From assembly GCA_963824415.1 (NCBI GenBank), contig CAWGPM010000016.1, positions 4,018 through 68,017 of the forward strand: DNA of 64,000 nt. Reading direction: 5' to 3'. The notes below the pieces were generated by a model that saw nothing but the letters and a program-made list of their open reading frames with translations, made no database searches and was not told the DNA's origin. The stretch is from an uncultured delta proteobacterium (GTDB taxonomy: Bacteria; Desulfobacterota; Desulfobulbia; Desulfobulbales; Desulfocapsaceae). A program made the position numbers and the translations under genes. This document shows, piece by piece, positions 36,000 through 45,509 of this stretch. Each line of letters opens with the position of its first letter. Within the stretch, counting starts at the first letter, position 1.

Positions 36000-36569
36000 A
36001 TGACAGTATTTTTATTAGGACTCCTCATTTTTCTGGGTGTGCACTCCATTTCGATTGTCAATGAACCATGGCGAGATCGCATGGTTAAAGCTATCGGAAA
36101 ATGGCCCTGGAAAGGATTGTATTCACTGGCTGCAGCATTTGGGTTTGTACTAATCATTTGGGGATATGGCCTCTCCAGTTCTGACTCATTTGATCTGTAT
36201 GTCTCGCCTCTGTGGCTGCACCGTTTAGCATTATTAGTGCTGCTGCCTGTCTTTGTTCTTCTCTTAGCGGCGTATTTTCCCGGCCGCATAAAAAAGGTGA
36301 CCAGACACCCCATGCTGCTGGCCATCTGCCTCTGGGCTGGCGGGCATCTGCTCGCCAACGGGTCATTGGTTAACGTTATTCTGTTCGGTTCCTTTCTGGC
36401 GTGGGCACTTGCGGATAGAATTTCTGTTGAAAATCGACAACCTCGACAGATTCCCGAGGCGCCATCCTCGAGGCTCAATGATCTCATTGTGCTGGTTCTT
36501 GGTCTGGGCCTTTACATCATGTTCTTATTCTGGCTGCACCATTTCCTCATCGGTGTCTCACCGTTTTGA
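36000..36569 (+). CDS. NnrU family membrane protein
   Basis: 189 aa, 5 TM. MTVFLLGLLIFLGVHSISI..., HPMLLAICLWAGGHLLANG. Confidence 0.7.
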   Translation: MTVFLLGLLIFLGVHSISIVNEPWRDRMVKAIGKWPWKGLYSLAAAFGFVLIIWGYGLSSSDSFDLYVSPLWLHRLALLVLLPVFVLLLAAYFPGRIKKVTRHPMLLAICLWAGGHLLANGSLVNVILFGSFLAWALADRISVENRQPRQIPEAPSSRLNDLIVLVLGLGLYIMFLFWLHHFLIGVSPF

Positions 36570-36711
36570 GGCAAACTCGGAGCGCGTATCTGCGGCCGAA
36601 TGCTCTGCTGACAGAATACCCGGTTTTTTGCCTGCAGTGTTTTAAGGTGCCTTGATTCCGGCTTTTGCAAAACGCCTGGCAGGCGGAATCCGCAGAGAAT
36701 GAAGCCTCAGG

Positions 36712-37590
36712 CTATTGTTCTGGAAAGGGTAAATCCGGCAATGGTATAAATTCTTTCTCATCACCTGGAACGACCTCAAATTTCCTGTTTTTCCATTCCT
36801 CTGCAGCGCTTTTAATCCTATCAACAGAGGATGAAACAAAATTCCACCAGAGATAGCGGGGGCCATCCATTGCAGCCCCGCCAAGCAGCAGCAGGTGCGC
36901 CTTTTCAGTGGCTTTGAAGACAATTTCGGTGCCGGGACGCAGCACCAACATCTGTCGGTTATCATACATCGCTGTGCCGATCTCAATTCTCCCGCTTATC
37001 AGATAGAGAGCCCGCTCTTCGGTCGTCTCGGTAACTTTAAGGCTGGCTCCCTTGTTCAGGCTCAAGTCCAGGTAGAGCGTTTCCCATTGTGACTTGACCG
37101 GAGAACTATAACCCTGGAATTCGCCCAGAATCAGTCGTCCGGAGAGCTCTTGTGTTTCAAATGCGGGGATTTGATCTGCCGGGACATGGGTGAATTCGGG
37201 CTCACTGTGTTCCAGTAATTTCGGCTGCGCCAGCCAGCTCTGAATGCCAAACAGCCTGGAGGGATTCCGGCGCACATCCTGCCCGGTGCGCTCCGAATGA
37301 ACAATGCCTTTGCCACCACTCATAAGGTTTACATCTCCCGGCACGATGCGCATATCATTGCCCAGAGAATCCTTGTGATCAAGACTCCCATCAAAAAGAT
37401 AGGTAACGGTTGACAGGCCGATGTGAGGGTGAGGTCTTACATCAACGCCGTGTCCCCTGGCAAACTCCCCGGGCCCCATCTGATCCCAGAAAATAAATGG
37501 CCCGACCATGCGCTTTTCGCTGGACGGCAACGCACGGTGGACCTTAAACCCTCCGATATCCACTGTCCGTGGGACAATGATCAGTTCCAT
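36712..37590 (-). CDS. pirin family protein
   Basis: GFKVHRALPS, PHPHIGLSTVTYLFDG, HSERT. Bicupin, ~292 aa. Start ATG 37590; the track ORF extends to 37644. Confidence 0.9.
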   Translation of the reverse strand: MELIIVPRTVDIGGFKVHRALPSSEKRMVGPFIFWDQMGPGEFARGHGVDVRPHPHIGLSTVTYLFDGSLDHKDSLGNDMRIVPGDVNLMSGGKGIVHSERTGQDVRRNPSRLFGIQSWLAQPKLLEHSEPEFTHVPADQIPAFETQELSGRLILGEFQGYSSPVKSQWETLYLDLSLNKGASLKVTETTEERALYLISGRIEIGTAMYDNRQMLVLRPGTEIVFKATEKAHLLLLGGAAMDGPRYLWWNFVSSSVDRIKSAAEEWKNRKFEVVPGDEKEFIPLPDLPFPEQ

Positions 37591-37723
37591 CTCAGCCTCA
37601 CATTTTAGACAATCTTCTGGTACCGCCCCAAACAGCAAACTCATATTGCACCAAATATGTTGATAAAAACTGGAGGTGACATCCCTGGCAGCGCATCCGT
37701 TATTCTTACCCGCTAAAGATCTT

Positions 37724-37985
37724 AGCCTGAATAGTTCACGAGTTGAGACGGCCTGCTAGCCGGGGAGACTTGGGAAAGGCAATATGCGTAATATGCCTTC
37801 CCCAAAAGCAACGCGGGATAGCAGGCCGTATTGACTCGCCCGAAGGGTGGAAATGCTGTCTTTTCATCATTGATTCTAAAGGGTACAAACTGTGTTGTTT
37901 GCATAATTGTGCAACTTTAGAACAAATTTTTGATATTGTTTAGATAATAATAGTCTTCGTTGTTTTTCCATGAAATATTCAGGTT
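37724..37985 (+). mobile_element. family-2 TIR-bounded non-coding element, copy B (262 bp)
   Basis: AGCCTGAATAGTTCACG...CATGAAATATTCAGGTT, in the same orientation as copy A. Confidence 0.75.
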
Positions 37986-38197
37986 AACTCTTTTTCAACG
38001 CGAGGGTGATGGCCATTGGCAATCTTCGGGTTACGGGGTCCATCCACAACTCAAACTTAGTTCATGATTACCCTTTGGGGATAGAAAACACAGATTGACA
38101 AACCTTGCAGGCGGGAAGAATAGACGCATAATAATTCTTCAAAAGAGTATGTGTTAATCTTAATTCTCGCCAGGAAAGATATACAAACAAAAGGAGG

Positions 38198-38566
38198 TTG
38201 AAGATGCATGTAGTCAGCATGAAGGATGTTCCAAAGAATCCCCGTATAAGCCCACTCTTCACCGGAAAAGAAGTATCTGATCAACCGCTGATACCAGCCG
38301 GGGGAGACTACAACATGAGTATTGTCAACTTCGGAAGAGGTGTCAGAAATAAATTCCATATCCATGAAAGTGATCAAATTTTGATTGTTACGGCTGGAAC
38401 CGGGATTGTTGCAACGGAGCATGAACAAAGAACGGTCACCGTTGGTGATGTAATCCTTTTTCCAAAGGGAGAAAAGCATTGGCATGGCGCCACTGAAGAT
38501 TCTGAATTTTCCCATATTTTCATCACTAAGGCTGGCGGCAAGAAATACATTCAACTTGAAGACTGA
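38198..38566 (+). CDS. cupin domain protein
   Basis: 122 aa. GVRNKFHIHESDQILIV...GDVILFPKGEKHWHG cupin motifs. AAGGAGG SD upstream. Confidence 0.85.
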   Translation: MKMHVVSMKDVPKNPRISPLFTGKEVSDQPLIPAGGDYNMSIVNFGRGVRNKFHIHESDQILIVTAGTGIVATEHEQRTVTVGDVILFPKGEKHWHGATEDSEFSHIFITKAGGKKYIQLED

Positions 38567-38618
38567 TCCAAACGGAAAGAAATCAAACATTGTCAACCGA
38601 AGTCTCAAGATTCAAACA

Positions 38619-38658
38619 TTAAGGGTGCCTTGAAAAATTAGGATTTTCGTTCAAAATT
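38619..38658 (-). repeat. family-1 repeat, ~40-bp terminal fragment
   Basis: ttAAGGGTGCCTTGAAAAATTAGGATTTTCGTTCAAAAT matches the right end of the element in reverse orientation. Confidence 0.7.
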
Positions 38659-38822
38659 GCCTGATGAAAGCATCTGATAAAATGGAATACCTACAACCTG
38701 GCCTTCCTGATTGCCTTCAGGCGTGTATTTGGGAGGTGCTTTTTGTCAGGCAGTCCATAGGCTTGAAGTCCTCAGAGCCTATCGCGGGGTTTAAGTGGGG
38801 AAGCCAGGCAGTATATACACCA

Positions 38823-39626
38823 CTATTTTTCCCCCACTGCCTTAAAAAACGTGTAGATAAATGTACCGTCAGGCTCGGTCGTCCGATAAAGATCTCTTAT
38901 TCCCCGGTCGAAGACAGCCGGATCAACGATTGCTGCGTCGATTGCTGATTGACGCACCCCCTCGATCATCGCGGTGAATGTCTTTTTCGTAAATCCATCA
39001 ACAAGTTCCGGTTTGCTGGAGTCCACGTACACCATTTTAGGGAATACGCGAACTGAGCTAAAGCCCGTGCCCGCCAACAGCGGGTATAATTGTCTTCCGA
39101 TCAGAGCGTTTCCGCCCGCGCGGGACTGCAGCTCGACTTGACAGTTGATTGCAGTGCGGGCATCGCCACTGTCCGGATAAAAATAGGTAGAACCATGGTC
39201 TCCCTCGATCACGGTTATGGTTCCGCCCGGTCGCAGACATCTCTTGAGTTTCCACAGAGCCGCTTCGGGCTCTCTGAGATGCTCGAGGACAAAGCAGACA
39301 AAGATATGATCGAAGGAGTTATCCTCAAAGGGCAAGTCAAAGATATCCTCCTGCTGGAGATGGACGTTTTCCAATCCTGCCGCCTGCACTTTTCGCTTGG
39401 CCTCGGCAACAGACTTATCGGAAATATCAATGCTCGTGATTAAGGCTTCCGGGCTATTGCGTGCCAGGGGTACCGTTTGTGCGCCGACACCGCAACCGGC
39501 TTCCAGAACGCGGCTTCCAGGCGGATACACAGTGTCGGAGTGAAGCAACTCCACCAGGGTGGAGGCCTGGTCACATAAACGATCGTTCTCTCGGGGATCG
39601 TAGCCGTGAACGTAGGTTCTGGTCAT
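38823..39626 (-). CDS. class I SAM-dependent methyltransferase
   Basis: RVLEAGCGVGAQT motif I, FDHIFVCFVLEHL, 267 aa. Confidence 0.85.
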   Translation of the reverse strand: MTRTYVHGYDPRENDRLCDQASTLVELLHSDTVYPPGSRVLEAGCGVGAQTVPLARNSPEALITSIDISDKSVAEAKRKVQAAGLENVHLQQEDIFDLPFEDNSFDHIFVCFVLEHLREPEAALWKLKRCLRPGGTITVIEGDHGSTYFYPDSGDARTAINCQVELQSRAGGNALIGRQLYPLLAGTGFSSVRVFPKMVYVDSSKPELVDGFTKKTFTAMIEGVRQSAIDAAIVDPAVFDRGIRDLYRTTEPDGTFIYTFFKAVGEK

Positions 39627-39690
39627 GTTATCCCTATTGCCGGTATCGTCGCTGCAATTTGCACGATAAATAAGTATCCGTCACGAGCAC

Positions 39691-39915
39691 CTAGATGTTC
39701 AGGAACCCTTTTACGGTCGTCCATAACACAGTGAGTAGTGCTATCCAGAGAAAGAGCCAGACCCAGAATAGAAGATCCCTTTTTTGCTCAAGATCCGGAA
39801 AAATGTTTTCTGCAAAAGTCTGGGTAAGGGTAGCCATGATCATGGAACCGAAAAAAATGGCGGCGACTATGAGCGCGCTCCCTATTCCTGTGACTAACTT
39901 TTCCATTGAGCCCAT
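39691..39915 (-). CDS. small 2-TM membrane protein, hypothetical
   Basis: 74 aa with two hydrophobic helices. GGGGGA lies ~8 nt upstream of the ATG. Confidence 0.45.
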   Translation of the reverse strand: MGSMEKLVTGIGSALIVAAIFFGSMIMATLTQTFAENIFPDLEQKRDLLFWVWLFLWIALLTVLWTTVKGFLNI

Positions 39916-39941
39916 GGGTTGGTATCCCCCGTTAAGAATAC

Positions 39942-39977
39942 AGGGTGCTTTGAAAAATCCGATTTGGCAAGGCTACC
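39942..39977. repeat. family-1 repeat, minimal copy (both ends, interior deleted)
   Basis: AGGGTGCTTTGAAAAATccgaTTTGGCAAGGCTACC: the two terminal arms are joined by a few nt. Confidence 0.5.
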
Positions 39978-40158
39978 TGAGGTGTTGAGCGTTCCCGATA
40001 GCAAGTGGTGAAAAACCACAAGGCCTTAGGCGCGGGGATATGCATAAGTATCCATTCTCTTTGTCCTGTGGATTTAAAGCAGGTCCAATTGATTATCTCA
40101 TCTGCCTAGATGTTCAAATTGTCTCTTACTCTTGATATCCCTTATTCGGCGTTAGTAC

Positions 40159-40303
40159 AAGGCTACCTTGAAAAATTGTCTTTTTATCCAAACTCTGCGT
40201 TGCGCGCGATAATTTTATCCTCTAAATATTACTTATATGCCTGCGGTAAAATTTTCACACGCGCTTTGATTTTGAACTGAAATCCTAATTTTGCAAGATA
40301 CCC
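40159..40303 (+). repeat. family-1 repeat, full copy C4
   Basis: aaGGCTACCTTGAAAAATTGTCTTTTTATCC...CCTAATTTTGCAAGATACCC. Confidence 0.9.
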
Positions 40304-40649
40304 ACAAGTCTGGGCGCAACGCTAATCTCGCAAGAGTTCAATAAGCCAGAGTGGACAGATTTTTTAAAGTGATTTCAACTCAAAGTGTTCCTGGCTCTGC
40401 CTTTCAGACCGGATGGTTCTCTGAATTGCTGTTCTGGCATTGAAATGATAGTATATAAGCCTGTAGCTGGCAGAATTACCAAGAAGCTCTCATTCTTTGG
40501 TTGATCTGCAAGGCACTCTTTGTTCATGAAAGCTTAATTATCTGCCCTCCACTCCTTAAAATGATGAGAAGAACTCTATGAGAACTGCAATTCAATACAT
40601 TTTTGCTATCATTTCGCTAACCTTTTATGGAGGGCAGGTCTGACCGTTC

Positions 40650-42110
40650 ATGGCGACGCTGTCCCCCGTGTCGCTGGGGACAATAATTTCGGCTGGATTT
40701 CTGATTCTACTGATCGTTCGTCAACTATCGCTGAAACGATTCGTTGAAGGTGCAGCTCTGCTCAAACAGCCTCAGCGAGCATTTCAACTCGAGTTTGCCA
40801 TTTGTATCTGTGCCGCTATCCTCATCATTGCCTACCAGAACCGGATTTTGCATTTTCCAATAGAAAATTCCGGTTCAATGCTGATCGGGTGCATCGTTGC
40901 CGGGTTTTTCATAGGACTTGATTCCTCACTTGTTAAGGAAAGACAGGTCATTTTGAAAGCAGTTGAAATGAACAGGTACGAGGTTCAGCCTATAAAGTAT
41001 TCTCCAATAACGCGTAAGTTTACCCTGATTGCAGTTACCACTTTTGTCTTTATCTGCCTGATCTTGATTCTGGTTTTTACCCGCGACATCGAATGGCTGG
41101 CCAACACCGCCCAGGATGCCGAATCCATCATGAGCGCCCAGTTGTCTGTTGTCTACGAGATTCTTTTTATCATGGGCATCCTCATGGTGCTTGTTATCAA
41201 TCTCATTATTTCATACTCAAGAAACCTTAAACTCCTTTTCAACAATGAAACAGTCATTCTCGAAAAAGTCAGAAAGGGTGATTTAACCAGCAAGGTTCCT
41301 GTGGCCACGCAGGATGAATTCGGGGTAATCGCAGAGCACACAAACCACATGATCGATGGCCTCAGGCACCGTTTTGAGCTGATCCACTCCCTCAGACTTG
41401 CAGAAGAAGTTCAACAAAATCTTCTGCCGACGAAGAGCCCCTATCTGCAGGGCTACGATGTCAGTGGAACTTCGTTGTATTGTGATCAGACGGGTGGGGA
41501 TTATTATGACTATTTTCTTTTACCGAATGGCAAACTTGGTATCGTTGTAGCCGATGCATGCGGACATGGGGTTGGTGCCGCAATGCTAATGACCACGGTT
41601 CGGGCATTTTTGATTTCCGCCGTTGAAGACTATACCGACCCCGCGCGCCTGATGAATCATATCAACAAACTGATCGCCAGAGACTGCGCCTCGAGCGGCA
41701 GTTTTACAACGATGTTCTTTCTGGAAATTGACCCGGAGGAGGGGGCTTTGAGGTGGATCAGGGCTGGACATGAACCGCCATTGCTCTATCAGAAGCATTT
41801 GGGACAGGTCACAAAGCTCTATGGTGATGGCATCGTGCTTGGTATCGATGAGTCGTACATTTTTGAAACTGAAGTTTCAGATAATATCCAACCAGGGGAT
41901 ATCATTTTAATAGGTACCGACGGCATCTATGAAACTCGAAATAAGGACAATAGCGGATTTGGCCAGGATAGCGTCAGCAGAATAATCGCACAACACTGCG
42001 ACCAGCCGGCGGCGGCGATACAGGATGCACTGATGTCTGAGGTAAGAAATTTCCGCGGCTCCGAAAATCAGGAGGACGATATTACCCTCGTGGTAATCAA
42101 AGTGAAATAG
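40650..42110 (+). CDS. membrane-bound SpoIIE/PP2C-family protein phosphatase with HAMP domain (RsbU-like)
   Basis: About 5-6 N-terminal TMs. HAMP (DLTSKVPVATQDEFGVIAEHTNHMIDGL). PP2C core (GGDYYDYF, VVADACGHGVGAAMLM, GTDGIYE, DDITLVVIKV). Confidence 0.85.
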   Translation: MATLSPVSLGTIISAGFLILLIVRQLSLKRFVEGAALLKQPQRAFQLEFAICICAAILIIAYQNRILHFPIENSGSMLIGCIVAGFFIGLDSSLVKERQVILKAVEMNRYEVQPIKYSPITRKFTLIAVTTFVFICLILILVFTRDIEWLANTAQDAESIMSAQLSVVYEILFIMGILMVLVINLIISYSRNLKLLFNNETVILEKVRKGDLTSKVPVATQDEFGVIAEHTNHMIDGLRHRFELIHSLRLAEEVQQNLLPTKSPYLQGYDVSGTSLYCDQTGGDYYDYFLLPNGKLGIVVADACGHGVGAAMLMTTVRAFLISAVEDYTDPARLMNHINKLIARDCASSGSFTTMFFLEIDPEEGALRWIRAGHEPPLLYQKHLGQVTKLYGDGIVLGIDESYIFETEVSDNIQPGDIILIGTDGIYETRNKDNSGFGQDSVSRIIAQHCDQPAAAIQDALMSEVRNFRGSENQEDDITLVVIKVK

Positions 42111-42350
42111 CACCCAGATTCCTGCCGGGTTTAATTATATATTTCGGTATTTTTCCGTTTTTTCCGGTCAGTCGTCGGCCCCCGCCTGCAGCAGGCGGCT
42201 TGAGCCAGTTTGGGGCCTGTCTGCTCAATGCCCGATAAAATTTCTTTCTCTATGTCTACCTCAGTTGATGAGTTGAAATTGTTAAGTCTCACTCTATTTT
42301 ACCGATGATTTATCTATTATTGATCAGTTAGACACGCTAAATAATTCCAA

Positions 42351-43928
42351 ATGAATTGTCTGAAGATCACAGGGGCGAAAGCTCGATGGTTGAGCCTGAT
42401 GGTTCTGCTGAGCTGCTGTTTGGCAGCTCTCTTTCTGTTGTCCAGTTGTGCGTCCCTGCCGCCCCGGCCCGATTTGGGTTTTGAAGCGGCGCTGCCGCCT
42501 GCTGAACGTGGTGCGCTGGCTGATCTGGGAGGTCGATTCAAAGACGAGAATGGTCCCGAGGTATCAGGTTTTCGTCTGCTGATCAATTCAAGAGAGGCCT
42601 TCCAGGCCCGTCTGGCTCTAATCGACCTGGCGACCCGTTCGATCGATCTGCAGTATTTTATCTGGAAGGGGGATGAAGCGGGAACGCTGCTCTTTGACCG
42701 CCTGCTTAAGGCCGCCGACCGCGGGGTCCGGGTCCGGATAATCGTCGATGATTTCGGACTTGCCACTTCAACCAGACGATTGTCGGCTTATAACTCCCAT
42801 CCAAATCTGGAACTCAGAATTTTCAACCCGAACCCGTCCCGGGACTACCTGATCGCCGGGTTTATGCACTTTCTGGCCGGTTTCCAGGAACTCAACCGAC
42901 GCATGCACAACAAGCTGATGATCGTCGACAGCCAGGCCCTGGTTGCCGGTGGAAGAAACATCGGCAACGAATATTTCGGCCTGGGTGAAAAGTTTAATTT
43001 TATCGACGTCGATGTGTTGAGCATCGGTGCTGTGATCAAAGAGAGTTCGAATGCTTTTGATCACTACTGGAATGACAACGCGGTGTATCCGGTCAGCGGA
43101 TGGGGGCTGAAAGTGCCGGAGAACAGACTTGCGGACCTGCGGCGCGAACTTCAGGAAGCTCTCGATGAGGCCGAGGCCGAGTTGAACGCGACGCTGCTGG
43201 GCAATTTAGATAACCGGAGCTGGCTCGAAGATCTGGAGCAATCGCTGAGTAAAGGATCCGCACACTTTCTGCAGGATGACCCTGTGCAGATAGAGGGCAG
43301 AGACTATCGTCTGGTTGATATGATTTCTTATTTTTCAGCCCCAATTGAGACTGAGTTTCTTATGTCATCTCCGTATCTGATACCGGTCGGAGACTCTTTG
43401 CAGAACATACGGCAGGAGGTTAAAAAGGGCGTTGAGGTGAGGATCCTGACCAATTCACTTTCCTCAACCAACCACACGCTGGTCAACAGTCACTATCAAA
43501 AGTATCGAGGCCCCATACTCAATACCGGTGCCGAGTTGCATGAGTTCAGGAATCAACCGTCGGCTGCAGTGCGCAATTACGCGGATACAGCCCCCCACGC
43601 AGCGCCGTTCATTTCGCTGCATGCCAAGGTGCTGGTTGCCGACCGGCGCAGGTGCTTTATCGGTTCACTCAATTTTGACCCGAGAGCAATCGTGATAAAC
43701 TCGGAAAACGGACTGCTCATCGAGTCGGTTGAACTGGCCACGAAAATGACCGAGTTCCTATCCGAGATAATGAATCCGGAAAATGCCTGGCGGCTCAGCT
43801 ACGGCCCAAAAGGCACGATTCAATGGATGTCCAGCGAAAAAACGCTGACCAGTCAACCGGCCCGCGGCGTTTTCCAGAGCTTCAGCGATTTTTTCGGCAG
43901 GTTCCTGCCGGTGGAAAGCCAGCTCTAG
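42351..43928 (+). CDS. phospholipase D family lipoprotein (two HKD motifs)
   Basis: Lipobox LLSSCAS. HKD motifs HNKLMIVDSQALVAGGRNIGNEY and HAKVLVADRRRCFIGSLNFDPRA. Confidence 0.85.
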   Translation: MNCLKITGAKARWLSLMVLLSCCLAALFLLSSCASLPPRPDLGFEAALPPAERGALADLGGRFKDENGPEVSGFRLLINSREAFQARLALIDLATRSIDLQYFIWKGDEAGTLLFDRLLKAADRGVRVRIIVDDFGLATSTRRLSAYNSHPNLELRIFNPNPSRDYLIAGFMHFLAGFQELNRRMHNKLMIVDSQALVAGGRNIGNEYFGLGEKFNFIDVDVLSIGAVIKESSNAFDHYWNDNAVYPVSGWGLKVPENRLADLRRELQEALDEAEAELNATLLGNLDNRSWLEDLEQSLSKGSAHFLQDDPVQIEGRDYRLVDMISYFSAPIETEFLMSSPYLIPVGDSLQNIRQEVKKGVEVRILTNSLSSTNHTLVNSHYQKYRGPILNTGAELHEFRNQPSAAVRNYADTAPHAAPFISLHAKVLVADRRRCFIGSLNFDPRAIVINSENGLLIESVELATKMTEFLSEIMNPENAWRLSYGPKGTIQWMSSEKTLTSQPARGVFQSFSDFFGRFLPVESQL

Positions 43929-44045
43929 ATATTTTATCCCGGGGCTCATGGCGTGCAGCAGGCCTCAGGTTCGGCCAGCCAGCAGTTGTCAGCAGCCACC
44001 CCTGCCCAAGTCAGGTGCAAGATCCAGGCAGAGGCGGCGGTTGTA

Positions 44046-44642
44046 TTATTTAGTGCTCAACACCTCTAGGCTGACAAAGATTTCAACATCCTTGCCCACC
44101 ACCCCCATATCATAAAACTTGCCGGTGCCGACACCATGGGCCAGCCGGTCGATGGTAACCGTGCCGTTAAAACCGGCAACCTCGGTTCCCTTTTTGGCCG
44201 GATGTTCCTTGATGCCGACGAGCTGCAGCGGCAGGGTAAGATCATAGCTCTTGTCCTTGATAATCAGCGTACCGGCCACGTTGTAGATGCCGCCGCCGGC
44301 GTCGCTGATGGCTTTAGATTCAAAGCGCATCTTGGGGAACGTGCCGGCATCGAAGAAATCGGCCGAGATCAGGTGTTTGTCGCGTTTGGAAATATTGGTG
44401 TCGATCGAATCGACCGTAATGTCGAAGATGAAACTGCTGCCGGCCAGATCAGCCGGATCGAAGTTGATCTGTGCCTCGAATTCGTTGAAATGGCCGCGCA
44501 CTTTGGAAAAAATGTGGTCGATGCTGAAGTAGATGGCGGCATGTGCCTTGTCTATCTCCCAGGCTCTCGCAGCGCCGAAGGCGGCGGAAGCTGCCGTGAG
44601 CAGCATGACGATTGTCAGTACAATATTTCTTATGGTTTTCAT
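44046..44642 (-). CDS. YceI family periplasmic protein
   Basis: Signal peptide MKTIRNIVLTIVMLLTAASAAFGA, WEIDKAHAAIYFSIDH, lipocalin-like YceI pattern. Start ATG 44642 overlaps the upstream stop (ATGA). Confidence 0.85.
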   Translation of the reverse strand: MKTIRNIVLTIVMLLTAASAAFGAARAWEIDKAHAAIYFSIDHIFSKVRGHFNEFEAQINFDPADLAGSSFIFDITVDSIDTNISKRDKHLISADFFDAGTFPKMRFESKAISDAGGGIYNVAGTLIIKDKSYDLTLPLQLVGIKEHPAKKGTEVAGFNGTVTIDRLAHGVGTGKFYDMGVVGKDVEIFVSLEVLSTK

Positions 44643-45337
44643 AGGATGTCTCCCTGTGGTTGGTCTTGCTTGATGGTTTGAACGCGGTATCCCGGCCATT
44701 TATTGACCAGGACCCAGATTATCAGCCCCGCCGTCAGTCCAAGCACCAGCACCCGCAACAGCAGGTGCTCGAAGGACTCGCTGACGAACAGGACGTGGAT
44801 CACAGCCAGAAGCAGGATCAGGTAGCCCAGCGCTCTGTGAAACATGCGCCATATTCGGTAGTTCAGCCTTAGCGCATTGCGGAAAACAGAAACAATTGCG
44901 GTCACAACGATTAACAGCAGCAGCGCCGCACCAACCATCTCCGGCCAGTGTTTTTTACCGATGGGCAGGTTGGCTATTCCTTCCGGGACCAGGATCAGCA
45001 GGGCATGACTGCAGGCCAGAACCGTGATAAACATGCCATTGACCTGATGATATCTCAGCAGATTTACAGCTCCAAAAACCCCTTCCAGGTATGATCCCCG
45101 CACAGACAGCACGATTTGCAGAAAGATCAGCATGAGGGCGGCCAGGCCGATGAACTGCCCGCTTTTAAGCAGGATTTTGTCGAGCCCGAATTTATACCAG
45201 AGGGTCGTGGTCTCGTAATAGAATGGAATCGAGAATACGCCCAGCAGCAGCAGAACGAAGCCGGCACTGAGCAGGACCCGGTGGGCCGCTGCGCTCATTT
45301 CCGAAAATTGTTTTTTTGCAGCAGGTGATCGTTTCAT
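44639..45337 (-). CDS. ferric-reductase-like transmembrane domain protein (predicted di-heme b)
   Basis: 6 TM. Two His-x13-His pairs (HQVNGMFITVLACSH and HRALGYLILLLAVIH) on separate helices. Confidence 0.6.
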   Translation of the reverse strand: MKRSPAAKKQFSEMSAAAHRVLLSAGFVLLLLGVFSIPFYYETTTLWYKFGLDKILLKSGQFIGLAALMLIFLQIVLSVRGSYLEGVFGAVNLLRYHQVNGMFITVLACSHALLILVPEGIANLPIGKKHWPEMVGAALLLLIVVTAIVSVFRNALRLNYRIWRMFHRALGYLILLLAVIHVLFVSESFEHLLLRVLVLGLTAGLIIWVLVNKWPGYRVQTIKQDQPQGDIL

Positions 45338-45509
45338 CGCCCGGCATCCACCTCAACTTTTCACCATTGTTCATGCCACAGTGTAGTAGTTTACTTCTGG
45401 CTCAGACTATTTTAACGGCGCTTACAATAGTCAAATAAAAAGCGGGCAAGCCGCAGGATGAAGTGAGCCTGCAGAAGAGAGAGAACAGGGTTGCAGCGAT
45501 CGCCCTCAG

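Noticed and set aside
36640-36680. Possible additional mini copy of family 1 (ttAAGGTGCCTTGAttccggcTTTTGCAAaacg).
   Set aside because: Only ~12 and ~8 nt resemble the element ends and the right terminus (GGTACCC) is missing. It is not distinguishable from chance.
40304-40316. Short shared tail aagtctgg(g) after family-1 copies at 40303 and 51443, and alone at ~55693.
   Set aside because: The 8-10 nt match is too short to separate from chance or to define a longer element variant.
40435-40450. Sigma-54-like element TGGCAT-N5-TGATA upstream of the SpoIIE gene.
   Set aside because: The -12 GC dinucleotide is absent, and no enhancer-binding protein gene is nearby.
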